Shown piece by piece: positions 51,500-62,271 of a DNA stretch of 64,000 nt (positions are counted from its first letter, which is position 1; every line of letters starts with the position of its first letter). The stretch is from Octopus sinensis (Eukaryota). The notes under the pieces were generated by a model. That model was not told the DNA's origin and made no database searches. It saw nothing but the letters and a program-made list of their open reading frames with translations. A program made the translations under genes and the position numbers. The stretch spans positions 2,542,001-2,606,000 of the forward strand of contig NC_043021.1 in the NCBI RefSeq assembly GCF_006345805.1, given 5' to 3'.

Positions 51500-51880
51500 A
51501 TGATATAGACATATATACACCCATACATACAGAATGGAGGGAAGAGAGCGAGAGCAGCTGAGGAAAATATGAAATAGCCAGAAGTTTGACATTGAGTTGT
51601 TTCTCATAAGAAGAAAGAAGCAGAAAGAACGAGATTTGCACAAATTGTTTGCACTATTCTGCAAGACTAGCCTGAGCTTAAGCACTCTATCGCACACCCT
51701 GACTACCTCTATGACCTTATCCACCAATTTCTCTGCAAGAAATATGCCTACACCACCTACTCCGCCAGTTACCTTCCCAGAAGATTTTATACCTATGTGC
51801 TTTGCCTGTGAGGGCCCTGGCTGAAGCTCCTCTCCACCTTACCTCTTGTATGCAGCATACATCAACATGCCTCCGTCTCC
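51500..51880 (-). mobile_element. RTE LINE APE endonuclease fragment
   Basis: RYKIFWEG...GVGIFLAEKLVDKVIEVVRVCDRVLKLRLVL, typical of RTE APE. Confidence 0.65.
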
Positions 51881-52136
51881 ATTATATATATATATATCCC
51901 ATCATCATTTAGTGTTTATTTTCCATGTTGGCATGGGATAGCTGGCTTGGCTGGAACTGGTAAGATGGAGAGCTGCAGCAGGCTCCAATCTTACACACAC
52001 ACACACACACACACACTCATATATTTATACATTTGCATGCATATACAAAAATACATGAAGCTAGATATGCACACACACACACACACGAACACAGACTGTA
52101 CACAAAAATCTTGTTAAGATGAGAAAGAAAACGAAC

Positions 52137-52277
52137 CTTGTGTTTCTCAAATCTCTTGGATTTATCCATCTTGAAAGGGGATTTTGATGAAAACAAGGCG
52201 ATATAACCTCCTTGACTCTGGGCAAGGAATGTATTCTCCCTGGGGTGTTGGCAAAGTCGGGCACATATATATTTCTC
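52137..52277 (-). CDS. WDR25: WDR25 coding exon 4
   Basis: EKYICARLCQHPRENTFLAQSQGGYIALFSSKSPFKMDKSKRFEKHK vs human [30 protein letters not shown]...RRYEGHK; ttgcag|GAG and AAG|gttcgt; 141 nt. Confidence 0.93.
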
Positions 52278-52893
52278 CTGCAAATTGAAACATCAAATGT
52301 AACGAAGTAACATGCAAGTAAGAAATGCCATTTGTATTGATTTAGGTTATGAAATTACATCATCAATATTTAAGGCTCCGCTTTCCCATGCGTGCAGGGG
52401 TTGGAGGGAGTTTACTGAGGCAGATTATGCTAGGGCCTAATGCCCATCCTGTCACCAACCTTTACCTGTGCTAGTAGGGTGCCAAGAGTACCATCCGAGC
52501 ATGATCGTTGCCAGAGCAGCCAACCGGCTTCCGTGCCGGTGGGACGTAAAAGGGCACCATTTGAGCGTGATCGTTACCAACGTCACCTTACTGGCACCTG
52601 TGCCGGTGGCATGTGTAAAAAAGATTCAAGCGAGGTCATTGCCAGTACCGCCTGACTGGCCCCATGCCAGTCACATGTAAAAAGCACCCACTACACCCTC
52701 GGAGTGGTTGGCATCAGGAAGGGCATCCAGCTGTAGAAACTCTGCCAGATCAAGATTGGAGTCTGGTGCAGCCATCTGGTTCGCCAGCCCTCAGTCAAAA
52801 TCGTCCAACCCATGCTAGCATGGAAAGCGGACGTTAAACGATGATGATGATGATATCATAATTAATCTTAAAAACAAAGAATGCAGTACGTAC

Positions 52894-53031
52894 ATGGTAA
52901 ATCTGATTTGAGAGAACAACCCCAGTCTGACAATGCCATGCCATTATATTTCGGTCGGCTGAATCTTGACTGATGATATCACAGCAGCTAAAGAATGTCT
53001 CTCCATCACGCGAGAACACAATGTCCTGTAT
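52894..53031 (-). CDS. WDR25: WDR25 coding exon 3
   Basis: IQDIVFSRDGETFFSCCDIISQDSADRNIMAWHCQTGVVLSNQIYH vs human [46 protein letters not shown]; cccag|ATA and CAT|gtacgt; 138 nt, phase 0-0. Confidence 0.93.
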
Positions 53032-55678
53032 CTGGGATGGAACAGCAGCAATGGGAAGAAAATGGCAAAAAAGATTAGAAGCTAATAAAAACGGAACAAG
53101 ATCAATACAAACAAATATGAGTAATTAATGCAGCAACCATGTTGCTCGTTAATGAATCCTCCTCATCATTTAACGTCTGTTTTCCATGCTGGCATGGGTT
53201 GGATGGTTTAAATGAAAGCTGATAGGCTGGGGAACTGCACCCAGGTTCCAATCTGATTTGGCATGGTTTCTACAGCTGGATGCCCTTCCTAATACCTATT
53301 TCTTTACTACCCACTAAGGGGCTAAACACAGAAGGGACAAATAAGGACAGACAAACGGATTAGGTCGATTATATCGACCCCAGGACGTAACTGGTACTTA
53401 ATTTATCGACCCCGAAAGGATGAAAGGCAAAGTCGACCTTGGCGGAATTTTGAACTCGGAACGTAACGGCAGACGAAATACGGCTACGCATTTCGCCCGG
53501 CGTGCTAACATTTCTGCCAGCTCAACCACTCCAAGAGTGTAGTGGGTGCATTTTATGTGGCACCAGCACGGGTGCCAGTTACGTAACACTAGCATCGACC
53601 ACAACTACGATTCCACTTGGCTTGACGGATCTTCTCAAGCAGGGTGTATTACCAAAGATCTTGGCCACTTGTCACTGACGCCCAACATTCAAAGGGTGCC
53701 TTTTATGAAAAATCAATTTGTGATTTCGTCCCACTTACCCTTCTCTTCCTATTCTTTCTTCTGTTTACTTTTTGTATCTTGAGGGTTCACACTGGCATCT
53801 TGTCATCACCATCTTTCTCTCCCTCTCCAGCTACTCTCCATGTGGAGTAGCTATGTATCTCCTCTACAGCAAGGAACCCATTCTTGCCCCTCTATCATAT
53901 TTCAGCCATTCAACAGCTGGCATAAAACCCAGCCCCATGGCTTTACTACACTTCCACCTAAGCTGAAGGGGCTTATTTTTTTTCTTTTGCCTTGCAAGTT
54001 ACTGGGTGACTTCATTTTGAGCTGGTCTGTTCAGTGTTAAGAAAGACATCAAGCTGTTGAGACCGTGCTGAAGCTCAACTGGAGCTCGATGTTGTCTGAT
54101 AACTTGTTGGACCCTGTCGAATCATCCAACCCAAGCCAACATGTAACAGAGACATTAAATGATGAATATGATGGTGGTGATGAGGAGGATGCCAAACATG
54201 AACATCCTGCCCTATCTTTTAGCAATATCTAGAATTACATTATCTAACATGTTTTTTCTTCATTTACAACAGTAAAAGCCAGCTGCTCTACAAAGTGGTT
54301 GGTGTTAAAAAAGGGCATCCGGCCAGAGAAAATCTCCCGCCATGAATTTCATCTCGCCCATGCAAGCACAGATCAGTGGACATTATATATTTCTTTACTA
54401 CCCACAAGGGGCTAAACACAGAGGGGACAAACGGATTAAGTCGATTATATCGACCCCAGTGCGTAACTGGTACTTAATTTATCGACCCTGAAAGGATGAA
54501 AGGCAAAGTCGACCTTGGCAGAATTTGAACTCAGAATGTAAAGACAGATGAAATACCTATTTCTTTACTACCCACAAGGGGCTAAACAAGGACAGACAAA
54601 CGGATTAAGTCAATTATATCGACCCCAGTGCGTAACTGGTACTTAATTTATCGACCCCGAAAGGATGAAAGGCAAAGTCGACCTCGGCGAATTTGAACCC
54701 AGAACGTAGCGGCAGATGAAATACGGCTACGCATTTCGCCCAGCGTGCTAACGTTTCTGCCAGCTCGCCGTGGACATTATAATGATGATAATGATGATCA
54801 TCATCATCATTTAACGTCTGTTTTCCGCGCTAGCACGGGTTGGATGGTTCGACCGGGGTCTGGGAAGCCAGGGGCTGCACCAGGCTCCAGTCTGATCTGG
54901 CAGAGTTTCTACAGCTGGATGCCCTTCCTAACGCCCACCACTCCGCAAGTGTAGTAATGATGATGATGATAACTAAGAACACGGAATGATATTCTTATCT
55001 ATTCTTCAGTTCTGTTCTGCACAAACCTCTCTGTGCACCCAAATGAAATATCAGGAAAGAGAGTGTAGTTAAGTTGGGTTATAAATTGTTCTGATGATAA
55101 GATATCCTTCCCAACACAAACATTTGTGAATTGAAGTGACAAAGCAGAGCTTAATATCACACAAAGCTTCCCATCCCATTCACACTAAAATAGAAAAGAG
55201 ATGAAACTATAGGACAGCAAAGATCATGATTGTGCTGTTGTGATTATAATAATAATCATCATCATCATCATCATTTAGCGTCCGCTTTCCATGCTAGCAT
55301 CGGTTGGACGGTTCAACTGGGGTCTGTGAAGCCGGAAGGCTTCATCAGGCCTAGTCTTATCTGGCAGTGTTCTACGGCTGGATGCCCTTCCTAACGCCAA
55401 CCACTCCGTGAGTGTAGTGGGTGCTTTTTACGTGCCACCCGCATAGGTGCCAGACGGAGCTGGCAAACGGCCACGAATGGATGGTGCTTTTATGTGCCAC
55501 TGGCACGGGGGCCAGGCGAGGCTGGCAACGGACACGAACGGATGGTGCTTTTATGTGCCACCGGCACGGAGGCCAGTCGGGGCGGCGCTGGCAACGGCCA
55601 CGAACGGATGGTGCTTTTTATGTGCCACCGGCACGTGATTTTATAATAATGAGGTCGTGATAAGGTTTACTAACTTAC

Positions 55679-55847
55679 AGTTCCGAGGCTGTCTTTGTAG
55701 TTGTACTGTCTCACTGGTTCTTGGGCAGTTCTGAGGTCCCAGGAGTAAACGACATTTTTGGTGCCAGTCAACACCAGGTTGGCATTGACTGGTGGTAGCG
55801 AGCACATGGCACAATCTCGTGGTGGGAAAGGGTTTGTAAAGCAGATC
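55679..55847 (-). CDS. WDR25: WDR25 coding exon 2, with a 1-nt frameshift near 55791
   Basis: Phase-1 reading GSALQTLSHHEIVPCARYH switches frame to PVNANLVLTGTKNVVYSWDLRTAQEPVRQYNYKDSLGT. The 169-nt exon is one base short of the phase 1 to 0 requirement. Acceptor catgcacag|GA, donor ACT|gtaagt. Confidence 0.85.
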
Positions 55848-55920
55848 CTGTGCATGAAGATGGTAGCATTAATTAGGCTTTCTGGAAGAGTCTGGTTTTG
55901 GGGCACTGTAAACGTCTCAA

Positions 55921-56149
55921 CCCTTTCACTGCAAAATTAAATTTCATGATCATTCCAGTAAAGATGCTAAATATCTACCCAAAAATACAACTGGTATTTT
56001 CTGCTTCAATAAATTAACACATCTCAATGAATTATAGTTTCAAACACAACCATTCCTTAACAAAAGACAGAATGGGATATAAAACTGCTTTCTGTAGCTA
56101 AGAATTATTAAATTTTGAACAGATATATCTGATTTCCGCAGTAAAAGGG
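55921..56149. mobile_element. piggyBac-like MITE, second family (sister copy at 56672-56911)
   Basis: CCCTTT...CAGTAAAAGGG ends, flanked by TCAA/TTAA here and TTAA/TCAA in the sister copy; internal sequences align. Confidence 0.7.
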
Positions 56150-56283
56150 TTAAGTAATGATAGCAACAATGATGAGAATGATTACACTAATGATACACTA
56201 ATAACATTCCTTATTCTCTCATCATCATTCTCAACATTATAATGTCCACCATCATTATTTAGCATCCGTTTTCATTGTTGGCA

Positions 56284-56647
56284 TCTCTCTATATATAAAC
56301 GGCAAAATGTCTGTGTGCGTGTCCTTTATACAAATCCACAATTTTTCAGTTAGAGAGCTCACACTTTCTATGGTCATTCAAAACCGTCCAAGGGTGGTCG
56401 TGCACATCTTTACATTTCCCCAGTCACCCCGCAAAGCCATTAAAAAAGCAATAGAAATGACTTTTTTGTGAATTTTCTATCCAAAACCCAATCAAAATGC
56501 CTGAAACTTGATACACCAATTGAATGCCAGCTAGCTGTATGTGATTGGTCAGAGATTTGGACAGTACTCGCGTGTATGTGCGCACGCACGCAGCTGTATA
56601 TGCATGCACTAGTACTATGACCCGGCAACGCCGGGTCACAGTGCTGG
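56284..56647 (+). mobile_element. Non-autonomous Helitron
   Basis: A|TC 5' end (tctctctatatataaa); 3' hairpin tgacccggc-aac-gccgggtca (56618-56638) followed 5 nt later by CTGG|T (CTRR); inserted between A and T with no TSD. Confidence 0.8.
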
Positions 56648-56960
56648 TGTATTATAATTAACTAATTTTAACCCTTTAACTGTGAAATTAAATTTCATGG
56701 TTATTCCAGTAATGATGTTAAACATCTCCCAAAAATAGAATCGGTATTTTCTGGTAGTCAGACTGCTTCAATAAAATTGACAAATTTCAATAGAAAATGG
56801 TTTCAAATATAACATTCCTAGACAAAAGACAGAATGGTGTATAAGACTGCTTTCTGCAGTTAAGGGAAATGAAATTTTGAGAGGATGTACGTGATCCCTG
56901 CAGTAAAAGGGTCAAATACACATGAGACAGGCTGATGTGGTTGGGAAGCAAATTCCTTAA

Positions 56961-57180
56961 CCCTTTCGTTACTGTATTTATTTTGAGATGTTCTGTGTTT
57001 CTTTCAATTATTTTAAATATAATAAAGAATTTAGGAAAATAACTTAGTTATTGTTAACCTAGTGTTAGGAATGTAGATTGTCACTAAGGTTTGGTGGAAG
57101 ATTTTAATTCAAAACTTATGAAAACAAGACATTTTACCACAGAGCCAGAGCCGGTTTTGGCCGGGTTAGTAACAAAAGGG
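56961..57180. mobile_element. piggyBac-like MITE
   Basis: TTAA|CCCTTTCGTTACT...AGTAACAAAAGGG|TTAA; 13-bp TIR with one mismatch; TTAA on both sides. Confidence 0.85.
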
Positions 57181-57232
57181 TTAAGCACACAGCTGTTGTC
57201 TCCAAATCTGTAAAATAAAATTAATAACTCAC

Positions 57233-58151
57233 CTGTCTCTACATCCGTAACAACAGCTTTCCGATCGTAGCCACAGGTGAGCACATGACGGCCACAGCTA
57301 CTCCATTCCGCATCTTTAACACAACTAGAATGATGTGTAACTGTCTGGACACACGGTTCCAAAAGCGACCAAACGTTCCATATTTTAACTAGGGAGTCAT
57401 CCGCCACCGATAGCAGGAGATGACTGTACTGAGCGACACACCACCGAATACGGTTAATGCTGCCCACATGAGCTTGAATTGTAGTCTCTTTCTTCTTGGC
57501 TATTTGATTTGGGCCAGGGAAGGCTTTCGATTGGTATGGACCAATTTTACTGTGAACAAAATAAAGTTTCCGCTTGGTTTGCATCGAATTAATTCCAGGT
57601 AAACTTTCAGATGTTGTTCCACGATTCTCGCTTTTATGAAGTCTTTGCTTCTTGCTTGTATAAGCCTTGACACAAGACGATTCTTGTAAATCAGGCACCA
57701 ACGCTTTACTAGACATCGATGCTTCTTGTTCTGGAGCAGTTAATTCTTCTTCTTCTTCATCAAACGGTGTAATTAAAGTTTCAGAATCAGTAACATTTTT
57801 AAGAAAATGTTCTTTCAACTTCCCTGCATTTGCGATTTCTTCTTCAGAAATACCTTCCCAGAAATCCACAGACGGTAAGGAGACGCTGCTTCCGTCATGA
57901 ATTATAACAAAATCAGACACAGTCTTTTGAGGACTTTTATACCATAAATTCGTTGTGTCAGCAGCTGAACTAGTTTTCCCCTCACCTTTTTTCCCCTCCC
58001 TCTTGTTTCCTTCTTCTTCATCATCATCATCATCATCATTTAAAGCAAAGAAGTTAAACCGACGCTTTTCTTTTGGTTCCTTGATATTTTCTTCAGAATC
58101 TGAGTTTGTATCAGAGCTGCTGCTGCTGGAATATTGGCAGAGACGCTTCAT
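57233..58151 (-). CDS. WDR25: WD repeat-containing protein 25, first coding exon
   Basis: MKRLCQYSSSSSSD...(acidic N-terminus)...HVGSINRIRWCVAQYSHLLLSVADDSLVKIWN...VKDAEWSSCGRHVLTCGYDRKAVVTDVETG aligns to human WDR25 (HRGPVNTIQWC...SHMLLSTSMDKTFKVWN...ARWAPCGRRILSGGFD...TDLETG). Acceptor at 58158 just upstream of the ATG; donor CAG|gtgagt, phase 1. Confidence 0.92.
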
Positions 58152-58569
58152 CGATAGCTGCAAAGGAAAAAACAAGAATCTATACATAAAAATGAATATT
58201 GAACACATACATCATCATCATCACCATCACTTAATGCCTATGGTCTATGCTGGAATGGGTTGGATGGAGCAAAGGGCTCCAATGGGTCCAAGGACTGCAC
58301 CCTGTTTTAATGTCTGCTTTGGCATGGTTTCTATGACTGGGGACCCTTCCTAATGTCAACCACTTCACAGCATGCACTGGGTACTTTTTTGTGCCACCAG
58401 CACAAAAAAATAATATTAAAATAAAGAAAATCAAAATAATAAATAAAGAAATAAATAAATGAAAACAAAAGGTAAAATAAAGTAGAAAAATGTAAAAAAA
58501 AATTTATTTTTGAAAATTTTGTAGTTGTTTTGAAGTGTCCTAATGTATTATTAAGGATAGGTTTTGGCA

Positions 58570-60100
58570 TTCATAAAGCTGGTGACTCAGGATGAAGTCA
58601 GGTCAGCTATAGCTTTGATCATGCTCTCCAGAACTTTAGCAAGTCCAAGGACCTCTAGCATTCATGAGTAACGGACGGAGTCAAAAGTATTCTTAGAGCC
58701 CAGCCACATTCCAACTAGTTTTCTCCTATGTTCCCACATCTCTGACTTCACAATTTTCACAGCACATCCCCAGACTCCCTTCTTGTCAGCTGTTTGTTCT
58801 GCTGTGATGATGTTATTACTTACACAATGGTTTTGGAGGAAGAGGATTAAACATGCTGTATTTTATACATTAAATTCTAGCATGCAAATAATTGATAGTT
58901 TTTTTTTTTGCCATGTGGGTGGTTCCGCTTTTGGGGATCAGTTTTGTCTCTGCCAGAAGTAACCAGTGTGGTATTTTACTATTCCCATTGAGGACTTGCT
59001 GGTACAGGCTGATAACATACAGTTAGTAGAAGGTTAGCTTCTTGTACTAGTATCCAACAATCAAATCTCTTCCAGGTGCATTTCCATCCTGAAACTTTGG
59101 GATTACAGTCACAAGGGTATCACCATCAATGCTGTATGTTTTGGACAGGAACTTTGTCAAATTTCTTCCAGCCACAGAGCATCCTGGTTTTTAACCCTTT
59201 ACCATTCAGATTATTCTATCAAATGCTTATTTATTCACATTATCTTGAATAAATCATAGAGTAATAATAATAATAATAATAAACATTGTGTACAGTGCTC
59301 AGGTGCACTACAACTCATCTAAAGTGCATATATAATCAAGTGTAGCTTCGACGGATTTCGGGAAGCATGAGGGCCTTAAAGGATGCAGTGTCATGGCAGT
59401 CAACAACTGACGCAGGCAGTTTATTCCATGCTTCAGCAACTCTGAGCGTGAAGAAATGTTTCCGAAAGTCATGGGAGCTGTGTTGTTTTCTGACTTTGTA
59501 GGCATGTCCACGTGTGTTAGACACATGGAGATCAAAAAGGTGTTCAGTGTTGTTATTGGTGAGGTGGTTGACAACTTTGTGGGCGTTTACCAAGTCCTCA
59601 AAGCTTCAAGATTTCAATGCTGTGACTTTTTGTTTTTAGTATGACTATATAAGGCAGGTATGAGAGGCTGGACCTGGCCAGTTTGAACATAAAACAAACA
59701 GAATATTGGGCCAAATATGCCCAGTCTAAATACTAAACAATTAGACTCCTTCTCTTCACTCCAGATTTTTTTCCAGAAGGAATCTATGGAACTTCTACAT
59801 TTACTGCTTCCCCTCTCATATCCCTGTTCAAGTTCCTGGTTATAGTTTTCTTTCGGTTGCTCCTCTGTGATGTCAGGGTTTCCTTTTTGGCTCCTGCTTG
59901 AAAGTCCTTAGTTGGCAAGTGAGTGTCCTCTTTTTGCTCTCTCCAGACACTTCACTTCTATTTCCTTCACTTTTTATTGGTGAAATGAAACATATACTGC
60001 CAAAAAAAAAAAAAAACCCCAAAAAGCAGAATAAAAAAAGAAAAAGAGGCTTGGGTTGGAATAGCTGTGCCAGGATGTCTTCCTAAGGGTCAGGGTGAAA
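58570..60100 (-). mobile_element. Old Dong/R4-like LINE fragment, split by a nested MITE and CR1 insertion
   Basis: Minus-strand fragments DSFWKKIWSEEK, ALWLEEI, APGRDLIVGY, ETKLIPKSG, KKGVWGC, KNTFDSV resemble the pre-RT and RT regions of copy 2. Confidence 0.65.
59261..59635 (-). mobile_element. CR1/L2-like LINE 3' end
   Basis: NTRGHAYKVRKQHSSHDFRKHFFTLRVAEAWNKLPASVV; (TTA)n tail at about 59261-59282. Confidence 0.8.
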
Positions 60101-61383
60101 AGACGGCAGGCCAACACAAATATGCACCCCACCCCCACAACCACCAATTTTGTTTCCTCGTAAACTTTCAGAAAAATGGATATTCTTTGATAAAATTTTC
60201 TACAAGGAGTGGCTGTGTGGTAAGTAGCTTGTTTACCAACCACATGGTTCCGGGTTCAGTCCCACTGCGTGGCATCTTGGGCAAGTGTCTTCTACTATAG
60301 CCTCGAGGCCGACCAAAGCCTTGTGAGTGGATTTGGTAGACGGAAACTGAAAGAAGCCCGTCATATATATATATGTGTGTGTGTGTGTGTATGTGTGTTT
60401 GTCCCCCTTAGCATTGCTTGACAACCGATGCTGGTGTGTTTATGTCCCCGTTACTTAGCGGTTCGGCAAAAGAGACCGATAGAATAAGTACTGGGCTCAC
60501 AAAGAATAATAAGTCCCGGGGGTCGAGTTTGCTCGATTAAAAGGCGGTGCTCCAGCATGGCCGCAGTCAAATGACTGAAAGAAATAACAAACAAAAAAAG
60601 AAAAGAAAAATACCTTTCAGGGTTTCCGATTATATCGGAATTAAATGTGACTTACATATTGACATACACACACATATATAAATACATATACAAAGATAAA
60701 TAAGGCCGGTCTATGGGAATACTGTGGGTTCCACGTACATAAAGCGCTTAGTTGTGCAACGTTATCAACAGACCCCAAAACCTCGTGAGCACATGGCCGG
60801 CCCCTCTCTCTCATTCTACACACACACATTATATATATATATATATATATATATAACATATATGTACGTACCTACCTCTACATGTACACGCATATATGAG
60901 TACAGGACACCAAAAAGTCGTCGAACACAATGAGAAACGAAAACATAGACACAAACCCAAGGAACTGGACATTTTTTTAAACGACAAAAATATAAAGTAC
61001 AGGACAATTAACACAAAGAAAAAAACCCTTCTTCAGTCGCTATGGTTTCATCTACTCTACGTTTCGAAGGTGATATATATATATATATATACATATATAT
61101 ATACACACATACACAACCTGAAGGCTGATTAGCCAACCATATTATTAATATATATGCAAAATGAAACTTGAAATATCGAAGACATGCGACCTGTGTGTCG
61201 CTATACACGTGTACACATCCACCGAATTATATATATATATATATTGAGGTCGACTTTGCCTTTCATCCTTACGGGGTCGATAAATTAAGTACCAGTTACG
61301 CACTGGGGTCGGTGTAATCGACTTAATCCCTTTGTCTGTCCTTGTTTGCCCTCTCTGTGTTTAGCCCCTTGTGGCTAGTAAAG

Positions 61384-61416
<33 letters not shown>

Positions 61417-61847
61417 CGTTCTAAATTCCGTTTTAATCGTAATATACACCATCCAAGAGGTATTTATAGAGAATTTAATTAAAAAGTGACAATTCTACTG
61501 AAAGTTTTGAAGCAGCAAAGTCGGTGGGACGAAAAGAACGAATGTGGCGGGAAAAAAATGTAAAAGTTGAAATTTTGGAGGGAAATTATTTTCAGAATCG
61601 TAATTTCTGTTGTACGAATCACAGGAATAATAATAATAATGATGCAAAGGGAGCGAGAGAACCACCGTTTTCCTTTCCTATGAAGTGAGGAAGACTTTAA
61701 AAGACGGCAGTTCCAAAACTCTGCTAATTAAGGAATAATGCGAAGATACAATATTAAGGAAATCTTGAGACATTTACCTGATTCAGTCTTTTACAGTAGC
61801 TGTTGATATGGTTTGGGTTGGGAAAGAACAGACAGTGAAAAATATCG

Positions 61848-62271
61848 GGCAATCTTTCGTCTCTAGTAGACCTTTCCGTCGATTTCCGTAAAAAAATTTT
61901 TTTTTTTTTTTTTACATATGGGCTTGCGGGAACTTTTGAAGTAATGAGAGCGAAAGAGACTAAGAGAAAGCGATTTTATGACGAGGGAAGTTCTTTTGAA
62001 GTTACCGTGCATGTGAAGCATTGATGTACATGTGTGTGTTTGATGGGGTGTGGGAGACAGACAGTATGTTGTGTAAGTGAAGTGCTTCTGTTAGTGTGTG
62101 TGAAGAGACAAAGTAATGTGTGAAAGAGAGAGATAACTGAAATCTTTTACTCGGTGTATGTGTATATGTATGTATATTACTTCAAAAGTTCCCGCAAGCC
62201 CATATGTAAAAAAAAAAAAAAATTTTTTTACGGAAATCGACGGAAAGGTCTACTAGAGACGAAAGATCGCC
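61848..62271. mobile_element. Long-TIR MITE, copy 2 (same family)
   Basis: TIRs of about 95 bp, starting GGCAATCTTTCGTCTCTAGTAGACC and ending GGTCTACTAGAGACGAAAGATCGCC; interior closely similar to copy 1; no clean TSD. Confidence 0.75.
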
